From Gemmatimonadota bacterium (lineage in GTDB: Bacteria; Gemmatimonadota; Gemmatimonadetes; Palauibacterales; Palauibacteraceae): 64,000 nt of DNA. This document shows positions 22,546 to 32,769 of the stretch, in pieces; positions within the stretch are counted from its first letter, which is position 1; each line of letters starts with the position of its first letter. Made by a program: the position numbers and the translations under genes. The notes under the pieces are model-generated. The model saw only the letters and a list, made by a program, of their open reading frames with translations. It did no database searches and had not been told where the DNA came from. Location: positions 992,001 through 1,056,000 of the forward strand of contig OY762926.1 in assembly GCA_963666735.1 (NCBI GenBank), in the 5' to 3' direction.

Positions 22546-24672
22546 GTGAACCCGCCGGTCGCCGCGTCCACCGGGCGGGTGTGGGCCGCGGGCATCCTGG
22601 GGCTCCTCGCTCCCCTCCTTCCGGCCGCGGCCGCGGCCCAGAGCCCGTATTCCGTCGAGGACATCCTCTCCGCGCCCTTCGCCACGGACCTCATCGCCGC
22701 ACCGGCCGGCGCCGCTTTCGCCTGGGTCCGATACGACCGGGGCGTCCGCAACCTCTGGGTCGCCGAGGGCCCGGAGTACGTGGGCCGCCAACTCACGAAC
22801 TGGACGGAGGACGACGGCCAGGACCTGTCCCAACTTCGCTTCACGCCCGACGGGCGCCAGGTCATCTTCGTGCGCGGGGGCGGGCCGAACCGATCGGGCG
22901 AGACCCCCAACCCGCGCTCCGACCCGGAACCATCGACAAGGATGGTGTGGGTCGCGGGGTTCGACGGCACTTCTCGACCGCTCGCCGAGGGGAGTTCCCC
23001 GGCGGTCGCGCCGGACGGACGCACGCTCGCCTTCCTCAACCGCGGCCAGATCTTCACGCTTACGCTCGATGGCTCGGCGGCGCCCGGTCCCCTGCTCCGC
23101 ATCCGCGGGAGCGCGAGTTCGCCGGCATGGTCCCCCGACGGCGGCCGACTCGCCTTCGTCAGCAACCGGGGGGATCACGCGTTCGTCGGCGTCTACTCGC
23201 TGGACGACCGGTCGGTCCGCTATCTCGATCCGAGCCTGGATCGCGACGGCAGCCCCATCTGGTCACCGGACGGGACCGCGATCGCGTTCATCCGCGTCCC
23301 GAACGAGGGGGCGCGCCTGCCCTTCTCCCCGCTCCGCAGCGCCCTGCCCTGGTCGATTCGGATGGCGAACCCCGCCACCGGGGAGGCGCGCGAGGTCTGG
23401 CGGGCTTCGCCCGGGCGCGGGAGCGCATTCCAGGCCATGACCGGGCCGTCCCTGATCTGGCTCGCGTCGGACCGGCTCGTGTTCCCGTGGGAACGCGAGG
23501 GCTGGCACCACCTGTACTCGGTCCCCGCCGCCGGCGGTCCCGCCACGCACCTCACGCCGGGCGAGTTCGAGGTCGAATCCGTACTCCCGTCGCCCGACGG
23601 AGAGTCCGTGTACTACGCCTCGAATGCGGGCGACATCGATCGCCGACACCTGTGGCGGGTGAGCACCGAGGGTCCGCCGGAAGCGCTGACGTCGGGGAAC
23701 GGCATCGAGTGGAACCCCGCGGTCACCCCCGGCGGCGTGCTCGCGTTCCTCGCCTCCGATGGTCGGACGCCGGCCCACGCCGAAGTGCAGAACGGCGAAG
23801 AGAGGCGACCGTTCGTCGACGGATTCATGCCCGACGCCTTCCCCTTCGAAAGCCTCGTGGAACCGCAGCAGGTGACGTTCGAATCGGAGGACGGACTCCT
23901 GATCCACGGGCAACTCTTCCTGCCGCCGATGTCGGTGGAGGGTGGACGCCACCCGGCCGCGGTCTTCTTCCACGGCGGGTCGCGGCGGCAGATGCTGCTC
24001 GGCTGGCACTACATGCGCTACTACCACAACGCGTACGCGCTGAACCAGTACCTGGCGAGCCGCGGCTACGTCGTCCTCTCGGTGAACTACCGCAGCGGGA
24101 CAGGCTACGGACTGGAGTTCAGGGAGGCGCTGAACTACGGTGCTCGCGGCGCGAGCGAGTACCGCGATGTCGTCGCGGCGGCGCGCTTCCTCACCGACCG
24201 GGATGATGTGGACGCGACGCGGGTCGGGCTCTGGGGCGGCTCCTACGGCGGCTACCTCACGGCGCTCGGCCTTGCGCGGAATTCCGATCTCTTCGCGGCG
24301 GGCGTCGACATTCACGGCGTCCACGACTGGAACGTGGTCATTCGAAACTTCGTGCCGTCCTACCAGCCGGAGACGCGCGAGGCCTTCGCCCGGCTCGCGT
24401 TCGAGTCCTCGCCCATGGCGTGGATCGACGGCTGGCGTTCCCCGGTGCTGCTGATCCACGGCGACGACGACCGCAACGTGCCGTTCTCGGAGTCCGTCGA
24501 CCTCATCGAGTCGCTGCGGAAGCGGGGCGTCGAGGTCGAGCAACTCGTCTTCCCCGACGAGGTCCACGGCTTCCTCCTGCACCGCAACTGGATCACCGCC
24601 TTCGAGCGGTCCGCCGAATTCATGGACGCACACCTGCGAGCAACGCCGGCCGCGGGAGGCGCCAGACCGTGA
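22546..24672 (+). CDS. S9 family (prolyl oligopeptidase/DPP-like) secreted peptidase
   Basis: Signal peptide, PD40 WSPDG repeats, HGG, GGSYGG nucleophile, HGDDDRNV, DEVHGF. Confidence 0.9.
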   Translation: MNPPVAASTGRVWAAGILGLLAPLLPAAAAAQSPYSVEDILSAPFATDLIAAPAGAAFAWVRYDRGVRNLWVAEGPEYVGRQLTNWTEDDGQDLSQLRFTPDGRQVIFVRGGGPNRSGETPNPRSDPEPSTRMVWVAGFDGTSRPLAEGSSPAVAPDGRTLAFLNRGQIFTLTLDGSAAPGPLLRIRGSASSPAWSPDGGRLAFVSNRGDHAFVGVYSLDDRSVRYLDPSLDRDGSPIWSPDGTAIAFIRVPNEGARLPFSPLRSALPWSIRMANPATGEAREVWRASPGRGSAFQAMTGPSLIWLASDRLVFPWEREGWHHLYSVPAAGGPATHLTPGEFEVESVLPSPDGESVYYASNAGDIDRRHLWRVSTEGPPEALTSGNGIEWNPAVTPGGVLAFLASDGRTPAHAEVQNGEERRPFVDGFMPDAFPFESLVEPQQVTFESEDGLLIHGQLFLPPMSVEGGRHPAAVFFHGGSRRQMLLGWHYMRYYHNAYALNQYLASRGYVVLSVNYRSGTGYGLEFREALNYGARGASEYRDVVAAARFLTDRDDVDATRVGLWGGSYGGYLTALGLARNSDLFAAGVDIHGVHDWNVVIRNFVPSYQPETREAFARLAFESSPMAWIDGWRSPVLLIHGDDDRNVPFSESVDLIESLRKRGVEVEQLVFPDEVHGFLLHRNWITAFERSAEFMDAHLRATPAAGGARP

Positions 24673-25448
24673 CGCCGCGCATCGCGGGACAGCTGGCGCT
24701 CGTCACGGGCGCGAGTTCGGGGATCGGCGAGGCCATCGCCCGCCGCCTGGCCGGCGAGGGCGCGAACCTCGTGCTCTGGGCGCGCCGGGCGGAGCGGCTC
24801 ACTCGTCTGGCGGAGGAGATCGCGGCGCAGAGCGGGGTCACCGTGGACACGGGCGTCGTCGATGTCCGCGACCACGACGCGGTCCGGGGGGAGGCGGAGC
24901 GGCTCATCGCCGCGCTCGGCGCCCCCGACATCCTCGTCAACAACGCGGGTCTCGCCGCGGGCATGGCGCTCGTTCACGACGCCGACGTCGACGACTGGGA
25001 CCGGATGATCGACACGAACGTGAAGGGGCTGCTCTATGTGACGCGCGCCTTCCTCCCCGCCATGGTCGAGCGCGATTCGGGTCAGGTCGTCAACATCGGA
25101 AGCATCGCCGGCCGGCAGGTCTACCCCGGCGGGAGCGTCTACGCCGCCTCCAAGTACGCCGTGCAGGCGATCACGGAAGGGACGAATCTCGACGTCCTCG
25201 GCACCGGCGTCCGCGTGTCCGGCGTCCACCCGGGTCTCGTCGAGACGGAATTCGCGCTCGTGCGCTTCAAGGGCGACGAGCGCCGCGCGCGAGCCGTCTA
25301 CAAGGGGATGGAGCCGCTCACCGGGGCGGATGTGGCCGAGGTCGTGTCCTACGTCCTCAACGCCCCGCCCCACATCAATGTGGCCGACGTCGTCCTGTTC
25401 GCGAAGGCCCAGGGAAGCGTACACCACATCCACCGCGACGGGCGCTGA
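24669..25448 (+). CDS. SDR family NAD(P)-dependent oxidoreductase (YdfG-like)
   Basis: TGASSGIG, NNAG, YAASK, PGLVETEF. Confidence 0.9.
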   Translation: MTPRIAGQLALVTGASSGIGEAIARRLAGEGANLVLWARRAERLTRLAEEIAAQSGVTVDTGVVDVRDHDAVRGEAERLIAALGAPDILVNNAGLAAGMALVHDADVDDWDRMIDTNVKGLLYVTRAFLPAMVERDSGQVVNIGSIAGRQVYPGGSVYAASKYAVQAITEGTNLDVLGTGVRVSGVHPGLVETEFALVRFKGDERRARAVYKGMEPLTGADVAEVVSYVLNAPPHINVADVVLFAKAQGSVHHIHRDGR

Positions 25449-25463
25449 GGCCCTGCGCCAGCC

Positions 25464-25505
25464 TTGCACCGTTTCGATATATCGGATACTATTTCGATAT
25501 ATCGA
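25464..25505 (+). promoter_or_regulatory. Sigma70-type promoter overlapped by a tandem palindromic operator (probable PadR site)
   Basis: TTGCAC (25464-69), 17 bp spacer, TACTAT (25487-92). TTTCGATATATCG occurs twice (25472-84, 25492-504), each with the palindrome CGATATATCG. Confidence 0.7.
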
Positions 25506-25530
25506 GACCGGTCGGATGTGGGAGGGATGG

Positions 25531-26109
25531 ATGTTCACGAGCAAGGATGGATTCGGCGCCTGGGCGAACTGCTGCGGCCCGGGCGTTTTTCGTTTCGGAG
25601 GGACATTCGGGGGCACCCGCCGCGTGGTTCGGAAGGGGGAGCTGAAGTTCGTCCTCCTCCGCCTCCTCTCGGACGAACCCATGCATGGCTACGAGCTGAT
25701 GCGGCGGCTGGAGGAGGAGTCCGGCGGCCTCTACACGCCGAGTCCGGGTTCCGTCTACCCTACCCTGCAGTTGCTCGAGGACCAGGGGTACGTGTCCTCG
25801 ACGCAGGACGACGGGAAGCGCGTCTACCGGCTGACGTCCGAGGGTCGCGACTTCCTCCGCGAACACCGGTCCCGGACCCGCGACATCTTCGGCCGCTTCG
25901 TCAACATGGGCGAACGCTTCACGGGATCCGCGATGCGCGACGTGACGCGCTCGTTCATCCACCTCGCCCAAGTGAGCTTCGAACGCGCGACCGGCGGACA
26001 GGGTGACCCCGAGACGCTCGCGAGGGTCAAGTCGATCCTGGACCGCGCGGCGCGCGAGATCGAGAGCGCGTGGCCGGAGCCCGGGGCCGCAGCCTCACGG
26101 GAGGGTTGA
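25531..26109 (+). CDS. PadR family transcriptional regulator
   Basis: GELKFVLLRLLSDEPMHGYELM, PSPGSVYPTLQLLEDQG, GKRVYRLT. Confidence 0.92.
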   Translation: MFTSKDGFGAWANCCGPGVFRFGGTFGGTRRVVRKGELKFVLLRLLSDEPMHGYELMRRLEEESGGLYTPSPGSVYPTLQLLEDQGYVSSTQDDGKRVYRLTSEGRDFLREHRSRTRDIFGRFVNMGERFTGSAMRDVTRSFIHLAQVSFERATGGQGDPETLARVKSILDRAAREIESAWPEPGAAASREG

Positions 26110-26112
26110 GCG

Positions 26113-26574
26113 ATGTTCGAGATCGTCTTCCTGGGAGGCCTCGCCGCCGTGATCTACCGCAGGCGTGTGCGCTCCGGCGACTGGAGCCGGGGGGATTTCC
26201 ACCGCGTCCTCGTCGGCCTGGGTCGAGCGGTGAGCCGTGCGGTGGCGGCCGTCGTGAAGTCATGGCCCGGTCTTCTGCGACAGTGCGCCGCCGACATGAA
26301 GAGCCTCGCGCGGGACGTGACGGGGGTCGCCCGCATCGGAACCCGGAGACCGCGCGCCATTCGGGTGCGGCACTCCCGGCTCGAAGCGCCCGCGGCGGAT
26401 GTCGCCGGGCCGACCGAAGCCGCGACGGGAGCGGAAAGCCGAATCGTCTCCCGACTCCAGCGTCGCTATGTCGCGGGCAGGATCAGCTTCTCCGAGTACG
26501 TGGAGGGAGTCCGGCGCCTCCGAAACGACGGCGCCGGACTTCAGCGTCTGGGCGGCAAGGCCCCGCCGCGCTAG
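26113..26574 (+). CDS. Hypothetical membrane-anchored protein with SHOCT-like C-terminus
   Basis: N-terminal hydrophobic segment; LQRRYVAGRISFSEY resembles SHOCT; starts 3 bp after the padR stop. Confidence 0.5.
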   Translation: MFEIVFLGGLAAVIYRRRVRSGDWSRGDFHRVLVGLGRAVSRAVAAVVKSWPGLLRQCAADMKSLARDVTGVARIGTRRPRAIRVRHSRLEAPAADVAGPTEAATGAESRIVSRLQRRYVAGRISFSEYVEGVRRLRNDGAGLQRLGGKAPPR

Positions 26575-28268
26575 CCCTTGCGGTGCCTCTCCCACGGACT
26601 GCGCGTGAAGTAGGACTCCGTCATCTCCCTGATCCGAGGCGCGAGGAAGATCAGCGCGATCAGGTTCGGAATGATGACGATGGCCAGGAAGATGTCCCCG
26701 AGCGACCACACCACGGCGAGCGGAAGCACCGCGCCGACGAAGTGCATCGCGACGAACACGAGCTTGTACGGGATGATCGCGTTCGGCCCGAACAGGTAGT
26801 TCGCGCAGCGGTCGCCGTAGTAGCTCCATGAGATCGCCGTCGAGATCGCGAACAGGAAGACGGAGAAGATCACGATGTAGTGGCCCCAGTCGCCGAGCGG
26901 CGCCAGACCGCGCTGGAAGCCCATCTGCGTCAGGGGCGCGCCCGTCTCGTAGGCCTGTCCGTAGAGGACGGCCAATTCCCGCCCGTCGTCGGCGATCGCG
27001 ACGGTCCGCGCCGGATCGACGGCCCCGCTGAACGGCTGCGTCTGCGCCTCATCCTCGAACAGTTGCGGCACGGAGACCTCGTGCCACGCGAGGTGCGGCT
27101 CGCTCGTCACGCCCGGCCGTCCGAGCGTGTAGCGGATCGTCCCCGCGGGCTCCGTGGGCACCGAGCTTCCGCCCTCGTCGAGCACCACGTAGCTGATGTC
27201 CCCGCCCTCGAGTTGGATCGCGGTCGGGATCTGCGAGTTCCAGGCGCCGGTCATGATGATGACGAGCGCGGTCATCGTGACGATGACGATCGTGTCGATG
27301 AACGGCTCGAGCAGCGCGACCACGCCCTCTGAGACCGGTTCGTCGGTCTTGGCGGCCGCGTGCGCGATCGGCGCGGAGCCCTGCCCCGCCTCGTTCGAGA
27401 AGAGCCCGCGCCGCACCCCCCACATGAGGGTGACGAGGAAGGCGCCGACGCCGGTGCCCGCCACGCCGGCGGTCGGGTTGAAGGCTTCGCGGAAGATGAG
27501 CGCGAAGGTCTCCGGCACCTGACCGAGGTTGAGGATGATGATGATCATGGCGGCGGTCACGTAGACGATCGCCATGAACGGGGCGAGGATGCTGGTGACG
27601 CGGCCGATGCGCTTGATCCCGCCCAGAATCACGAGCGCCACGATCGTCGAAGTGACGAGGCCGGTGACCCACGTCGCGATCCCGAACTCGGCCCGCATCG
27701 CGTCCGCCACCGTGTTGGCCTGGTTGGCGTTCCCCGTCATGAACGCCGTGAGACCCAGCATCACCGCGAAGAACGCCGCCACCGGCTTCCAGCGCGGGCC
27801 CAGCCCCTTCTCGATGTAGTACATCGGCCCGCCCGACACCGTCCCGCTGTACTTCGCCGACGACTCGTCGACCTCGCGGTATTTCTGCGCCAGCGTGACC
27901 TCGCTGTACTTCGTCGCCATGCCGAGGAAGGCGGTCATCCACATCCAGAACAGCGCCCCCGGCCCGCCGAGGTGGATGGCGATCGCCGCGCCGGCGATGT
28001 TTCCGATGCCCACCGTGGCGCTGAGCGCGGTGGTGAGCGCCTGGAAGTGCGACACGTCGCCCGGATCGTTCGGGTCGTCGTATCGGCCCGTGGCCACCGC
28101 GACCCCGTGCGCGAACTTGCGGATCTGCGGCAGGCCCAGCCTGAGGGTGAGGTAGGTCCCGATGCCGAGGAGAAGCAGGACCTGAAGCGTCAGGCGCTCT
28201 CCTCCGATCGTGATCCCGAACTGCGCGACGTTGCGGTCGAGCCAGTCTACGATTGTGGCGAAGTCCAT
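26571..28268 (-). CDS. Sodium:alanine/glycine symporter (AGCS family)
   Basis: ALSATVGIGNIAG, GGPGALFWMW, GGPMYYI, RGLFSNEAGQGSAPIAHAAA, EPFIDT, WSYYG, PNLIAL. Confidence 0.93.
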   Translation of the reverse strand: MDFATIVDWLDRNVAQFGITIGGERLTLQVLLLLGIGTYLTLRLGLPQIRKFAHGVAVATGRYDDPNDPGDVSHFQALTTALSATVGIGNIAGAAIAIHLGGPGALFWMWMTAFLGMATKYSEVTLAQKYREVDESSAKYSGTVSGGPMYYIEKGLGPRWKPVAAFFAVMLGLTAFMTGNANQANTVADAMRAEFGIATWVTGLVTSTIVALVILGGIKRIGRVTSILAPFMAIVYVTAAMIIIILNLGQVPETFALIFREAFNPTAGVAGTGVGAFLVTLMWGVRRGLFSNEAGQGSAPIAHAAAKTDEPVSEGVVALLEPFIDTIVIVTMTALVIIMTGAWNSQIPTAIQLEGGDISYVVLDEGGSSVPTEPAGTIRYTLGRPGVTSEPHLAWHEVSVPQLFEDEAQTQPFSGAVDPARTVAIADDGRELAVLYGQAYETGAPLTQMGFQRGLAPLGDWGHYIVIFSVFLFAISTAISWSYYGDRCANYLFGPNAIIPYKLVFVAMHFVGAVLPLAVVWSLGDIFLAIVIIPNLIALIFLAPRIREMTESYFTRSPWERHRKG

Positions 28269-28522
28269 GCGCTGTCCCCGTTAGCGGCGAGTGTGAGGAG
28301 GTGGCTGAGTTTGGCCCCGTGCCGCTGAGGCTGCAACGGGTGGGGTTTGCGGAGGGAAGGACCGGGGTCGCCGAAGAGAGGATGTTCGGAGCCGGCGACG
28401 GGGTGTGTGGCGCGCGTCACGGTGCGGTAACTTCGTTCGCGCTCCGGACGCCCCGGAGCCCCGCCGCGCCCAACCCCGGCCGTGACGAGAACCCCCGGGA
28501 AAACAAGGAGACAAAGAGGGAC

Positions 28523-30697
28523 GTGGGTCCGAAGAACAAGATTCCCGGGCGCCTCCGGCGGCTGTGGGCACTCGCCAACGACCTGTCGTGGACCTGGAAC
28601 CGGGAGGCCCCGGCCCTCTTCCGGGCCATCGATCCGCCGCTATGGCGCCGCACGCGGCACAACCCCGTGGCGCTGCTGCGAACCGTCGGCGACGAGCGCC
28701 TTCACGGCCTGGCCGAAGATCCCGGCTTCCTCGGGAGATACGACGCGGCGCTGGAGGTCTGGCGTGACGCGGGGGCCGGCGGCGACAGCCGGGCCGGCGC
28801 CACCCCGACCTGGTTCGGCAAACGCTACCCCGCGCTCCGCAACACCCCGGTGGCGTACTTCTGCGCGGAATTCGCCCTGCACGAATCCATCCCCATCTAC
28901 TCCGGGGGACTCGGCGTGCTCGCGGGGGACCATCTCAAGGCGGCCTCGGAACTCGGGATCCCCCTCGTCGGTGTCGGACTGATGTACGCGCACGGCTACT
29001 TCGACCAGACGCTGGGACCGGACGGCTGGCAGGAAGATGCGGACGACCCGCTCGATCCCGACCTGACGCCGCTGGAGCGGTTGCACGGCATGGATGGCGT
29101 CCCCTGGCTCGCCTCGATCCGCGGCGGAGGGCACCGCATTCGGATCGGGGCCTGGAGGCTGCGCGTCGGGCGCGTCTCGCTGTATCTCCTCGACACGGAT
29201 CTCGATGAGAACGACCCCGCGGACCGGGGCCTCTCCCACCAACTCTACGCGGGCGGCGCGGATCACCGGCTGCGACAGGAAGCGATCCTCGGCGTCGGAG
29301 GCGTGCGCGTGCTCGACGCGCTCGGGGTCGAACCCGGGGCATGGCATGCGAACGAGGGCCACGCGGCGTTCATGATGGTCGAGCGCGTCCGCCGATCGAT
29401 GCGCGACGGCCGGTCGTTCGCCGATGCGGCGTCCCGGGTCCGCGCCTCGACCGTTTTCACCACCCATACGCCCGTCTCCGCGGGTCACGATGTGTTCTCC
29501 CACGCACAGATGCGGGAATGGATCGGCGAGACGTTGTGGGAAGAGATCCCTCACCGCGAGGAGTTGCTCGCACTCGGGCTCCACCCGGACGACGAGATGC
29601 AGGACAGGTTTCACATGACGGCGGCGGCGATCCGCCTGTCGCGGCGAGTCAATGGCGTTTCCGCGCGGCACGGGCGGGTGAGCCGGGAAATCTGGTGCGG
29701 CCTCTGGGAAGGCCGGGCAGCCGGAGAGGTGCCGATCCGGCATGTCACGAACGGGGTCCACCTCGCCACGTGGATGAGCGACGACATCGCCGGCCTCCTG
29801 GACGAATGGCTGCCGGCCGGGTGGCGGCGCGTCCCTGGCGACGAAACCACGTGGCGCGCGGTCCGCGACGTTCCCGTGGAGGCGCTGTGGCGCGTGCGAC
29901 GCCGGCTGAAGCTCCGGCTGCTCGATCTGATGCGCGACGAGGCCCGGCGCCGGTGGCCGGACCATTGGCCGGAATCGGCCCACCTCGCCGGCGCCGGCAC
30001 GCTCATGAGCCCGGGGCCGCTCACGATCGGGTTCGCGCGGCGGTTCGCCACCTACAAGCGGGCGGATCTCATCTTCCGCGACCCCGACCGTCTCCAGGCG
30101 CTGCTTTCGGACCCCGCCCGCCCCGTGCAGCTGATTTTCGCCGGGAAGGCGCACCCGCGGGACGGCGACGGCAAGCGCGTCCTCCAACGCGTGTACGAGC
30201 GCGCGCGCGATCCCGGGTTCGAGGGGAGGATCGCCCTCATCGAGAACTACGGACTCCATACGGCACATGGTCTCGTCGAGGGCGTCGACCTGTGGCTCAA
30301 CCTTCCCCGGATCCCGCTGGAAGCGAGCGGGACGAGCGGGATGAAGGCGGCGCTCAACGGCGTCCCCCAACTCGCGACCGCGGACGGCTGGTGGGAGGAG
30401 GGTTTCGAGGGAGACAACGGGTGGATCATCCCCCCCGCGCCGGCCGGGGCGAGCGAGGAGGTGGTGGACGAGCACGACGCCGAACACCTGTTCCGGCTCC
30501 TGGAGGAAGAGGTCATCCCCCTCTACTACGATCGGACCGGCGCGGATGGCGCGGATGGCGTCCCGTCGGGCTGGCTCGCACATGCGCGGCGCGCGGTCGA
30601 GGTGGCCGGCGCGCGATTCACGGCCGGTCGCATGGTGCGGGACTACGCGCGGGACTACTACGTGCCGGCGCTGCGAGATTCCCGCGGAGACGACTGA
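28523..30697 (+). CDS. glgP: Alpha-glucan (glycogen) phosphorylase
   Basis: YSGGLGVLAGDHLK, HANEGH, FTTHTP, FARRFATYKR, AGKAHP, PLP site EASGTSGMKAALNG. Confidence 0.95.
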   Translation: MGPKNKIPGRLRRLWALANDLSWTWNREAPALFRAIDPPLWRRTRHNPVALLRTVGDERLHGLAEDPGFLGRYDAALEVWRDAGAGGDSRAGATPTWFGKRYPALRNTPVAYFCAEFALHESIPIYSGGLGVLAGDHLKAASELGIPLVGVGLMYAHGYFDQTLGPDGWQEDADDPLDPDLTPLERLHGMDGVPWLASIRGGGHRIRIGAWRLRVGRVSLYLLDTDLDENDPADRGLSHQLYAGGADHRLRQEAILGVGGVRVLDALGVEPGAWHANEGHAAFMMVERVRRSMRDGRSFADAASRVRASTVFTTHTPVSAGHDVFSHAQMREWIGETLWEEIPHREELLALGLHPDDEMQDRFHMTAAAIRLSRRVNGVSARHGRVSREIWCGLWEGRAAGEVPIRHVTNGVHLATWMSDDIAGLLDEWLPAGWRRVPGDETTWRAVRDVPVEALWRVRRRLKLRLLDLMRDEARRRWPDHWPESAHLAGAGTLMSPGPLTIGFARRFATYKRADLIFRDPDRLQALLSDPARPVQLIFAGKAHPRDGDGKRVLQRVYERARDPGFEGRIALIENYGLHTAHGLVEGVDLWLNLPRIPLEASGTSGMKAALNGVPQLATADGWWEEGFEGDNGWIIPPAPAGASEEVVDEHDAEHLFRLLEEEVIPLYYDRTGADGADGVPSGWLAHARRAVEVAGARFTAGRMVRDYARDYYVPALRDSRGDD

Positions 30698-30724
30698 GCG
30701 CCGCTCCATGGAGCGAACGCAGCC

Positions 30725-31477
30725 CTATGTGGCGGGAAGCAACTCGTCGAGGTAGCGGAGCAGCATGTGGCGCCATGTGGGCCAGTCGTGATGCCACTCC
30801 TCGCCCCAGTCGTCCATCCGGTTCGGTACGCCTTTCCGCCCGAGGAGCGAGGCCGCGCGCCAGGATTCGCCGATGTCCTCCGCCCGCCCGCGCCCGGAGG
30901 CGAGGAGGACGAAGCGTTCCCGCAGACGGTCGAGCGTCTCGCCCGCGAGTTGCGGCAGATGGTGCACGGGCGAGGCGCGGTAGAAGTCTCCGGTCGCGCT
31001 CGCTTCGGTCCCCGTCTCGTGTTTCAGGAAGCGCTGGAGGTCGTACGTGCCGCTCATGCACAACGCGTGTGAGAACGCGTCGGGAAACCGGCACAGCATG
31101 GCCAGCGCGTTGAATGCCCCGATCGACGAGCCCGCGACGATGACCTCGATCCCCGGGTCGTTGCAGTCTTCCCGGATCACGGGCACGAACTCGCGGTAGA
31201 CGAACTCCTGGAACCGGTTGAGGACCGTCATGCGGTGTTCGGGGGTCCCCTCCCGTCCGAGCATGACGCGGCCCGCGACGCTGTCGCACGAATAGACCTT
31301 GATCCGTCCGTCCGTCAGGTAGTCCGCGACCGCGTCGATGACGAGGAAGCGCTCGATCTCCTCCGCATCCCCTCCTGCGGTGGGAAACATGAGGAAGGGA
31401 AGGCCGGCCTCGCCCCAGCGGGCGACGTTGACCTCCTGGCCGAGGCGGTCGGACCGCCAGCTTCGGTTGATCTTCAT
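30725..31477 (-). CDS. Esterase (alpha/beta hydrolase, Esterase/antigen-85-like family)
   Basis: FPTAGG, GSSIG nucleophile elbow, MSGTYD, HHDWPTW; ATGA overlap with the upstream gene. Confidence 0.8.
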   Translation of the reverse strand: MKINRSWRSDRLGQEVNVARWGEAGLPFLMFPTAGGDAEEIERFLVIDAVADYLTDGRIKVYSCDSVAGRVMLGREGTPEHRMTVLNRFQEFVYREFVPVIREDCNDPGIEVIVAGSSIGAFNALAMLCRFPDAFSHALCMSGTYDLQRFLKHETGTEASATGDFYRASPVHHLPQLAGETLDRLRERFVLLASGRGRAEDIGESWRAASLLGRKGVPNRMDDWGEEWHHDWPTWRHMLLRYLDELLPAT

Positions 31478-32769
31478 GAGGCGAGAATCGGCACGGCGCC
31501 GGGAGGTTCCTCGCGGCGGGCCGCCTGTATGCGGTCGAAGAAGAGCGCGGTGAACTCTTCGACTTCGTGATCGGGGTAGAGCGATGCCACCTTCGCGTGC
31601 ACCGCGTCGCGGGCGGCTTCGCTGCCGAAGAACTCGTGCGCCACCTCGTCGAGTTCCGCGAGATGAGTGTCGCAGAACTCCACGAAGCGGGCGGTCTCGA
31701 ACCGGGCCTCCGCGATCGCGGCACACGCCCGAACCTTCTCTCCCACCGACATCCCGGGGCGGCAGGCATCGAAGAACGGCTGCCAGTCGAGGTTGATGCG
31801 CATCTTGCGCCGCGTCGCCGCGCAGAAGAGAGACCAGCGGAGGTTCGCCTTGATGAGCCACGGAAAATGGTAGTGGAGCGACGTGACCTGCGAGTCCGGA
31901 CAGGGGTTGGCGAAGTCGATCGGCACCCACTGCCTGCCGTTGCGCAGCACCTCGCACGAGTTGAAATCCCAACCGAAGAAGGCGTTGATCGTGAGCGTCG
32001 TGTCCCGGATCGCGCCGGTGTCCGCGGGCTCGAGGTGATCGCGCTCGGCGGTGTAGCGGTCGTGCGCGGGGGCCTCGGGGTCGTAGAGGACGGCGCGCGT
32101 CTGGGGCCCCAGCCCGATGCAGCGGACGAAGCGGTCGTGCGCCACCCCCTGCTGAAGGTGCATGACGAACTTGCCGCTCTCGTCGTAGGCGGCGCCGAGC
32201 GCCTCGTCGTCCCCGATGCGCGACACGCCGCGCCAGCCACCGCCGTCGTAGGGTTTCATGAACACGGGATAGCCCAGGTCGTGCGCCACGGCGGGAAGAT
32301 CGAACAGCCGCGCGTAGCGCTTCAGGGTGACCGCCAGATCGTCCTGCGGGTCGTAGGACTTGGGCGGGATGAGCCATGTCCGCGGAACCGGGAGACCCAG
32401 CCTCATCATCGCGCAGTAGGTGGAGTGCTTCTCCATCGACTGGACGCTCCACGGATTGTTGAACACGTAGAGCCCGTCCATGATCACGGACTTCTTGATC
32501 CATTCTCGCGTCGGAAAATACCAGTGCGTGAGGCGGTCGATGACAACGTCGTATTTTCCCTTCTGCTGCAGATCGAAGGGCTCGATCGTGACATCCTCGA
32601 GATGGAACCGGATCATGCCGCCGGACGACGGGATCCGGGGGTTCAGCCGCTCGAGGATCGCGCGGTAGGCGATGGGCCAGCAGAGGTCCGCCCCGAGCGA
32701 GAGGCCGATGCGGCGCGTGACCTCGGGCGCCGGGGCCGGTGGGGGCGCGGAGGCCGCGGGGACGGTCAT
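31474..32769 (-). CDS. ATP-grasp amide ligase (RimK/GshB-like)
   Basis: VIDRLTHW, NNPW...EKH, YPVFMKPYDGGGWRGVSRI, FNSCE, IDFANPCPD. Confidence 0.8.
   Translation of the reverse strand: MTVPAASAPPPAPAPEVTRRIGLSLGADLCWPIAYRAILERLNPRIPSSGGMIRFHLEDVTIEPFDLQQKGKYDVVIDRLTHWYFPTREWIKKSVIMDGLYVFNNPWSVQSMEKHSTYCAMMRLGLPVPRTWLIPPKSYDPQDDLAVTLKRYARLFDLPAVAHDLGYPVFMKPYDGGGWRGVSRIGDDEALGAAYDESGKFVMHLQQGVAHDRFVRCIGLGPQTRAVLYDPEAPAHDRYTAERDHLEPADTGAIRDTTLTINAFFGWDFNSCEVLRNGRQWVPIDFANPCPDSQVTSLHYHFPWLIKANLRWSLFCAATRRKMRINLDWQPFFDACRPGMSVGEKVRACAAIAEARFETARFVEFCDTHLAELDEVAHEFFGSEAARDAVHAKVASLYPDHEVEEFTALFFDRIQAARREEPPGAVPILAS

Noticed and set aside
28269..28522. Glycine riboswitch expected upstream of the AGCS symporter
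   Set aside because: No GGAGA / CCGAAG / CUCUCAGG elements found on the minus strand.
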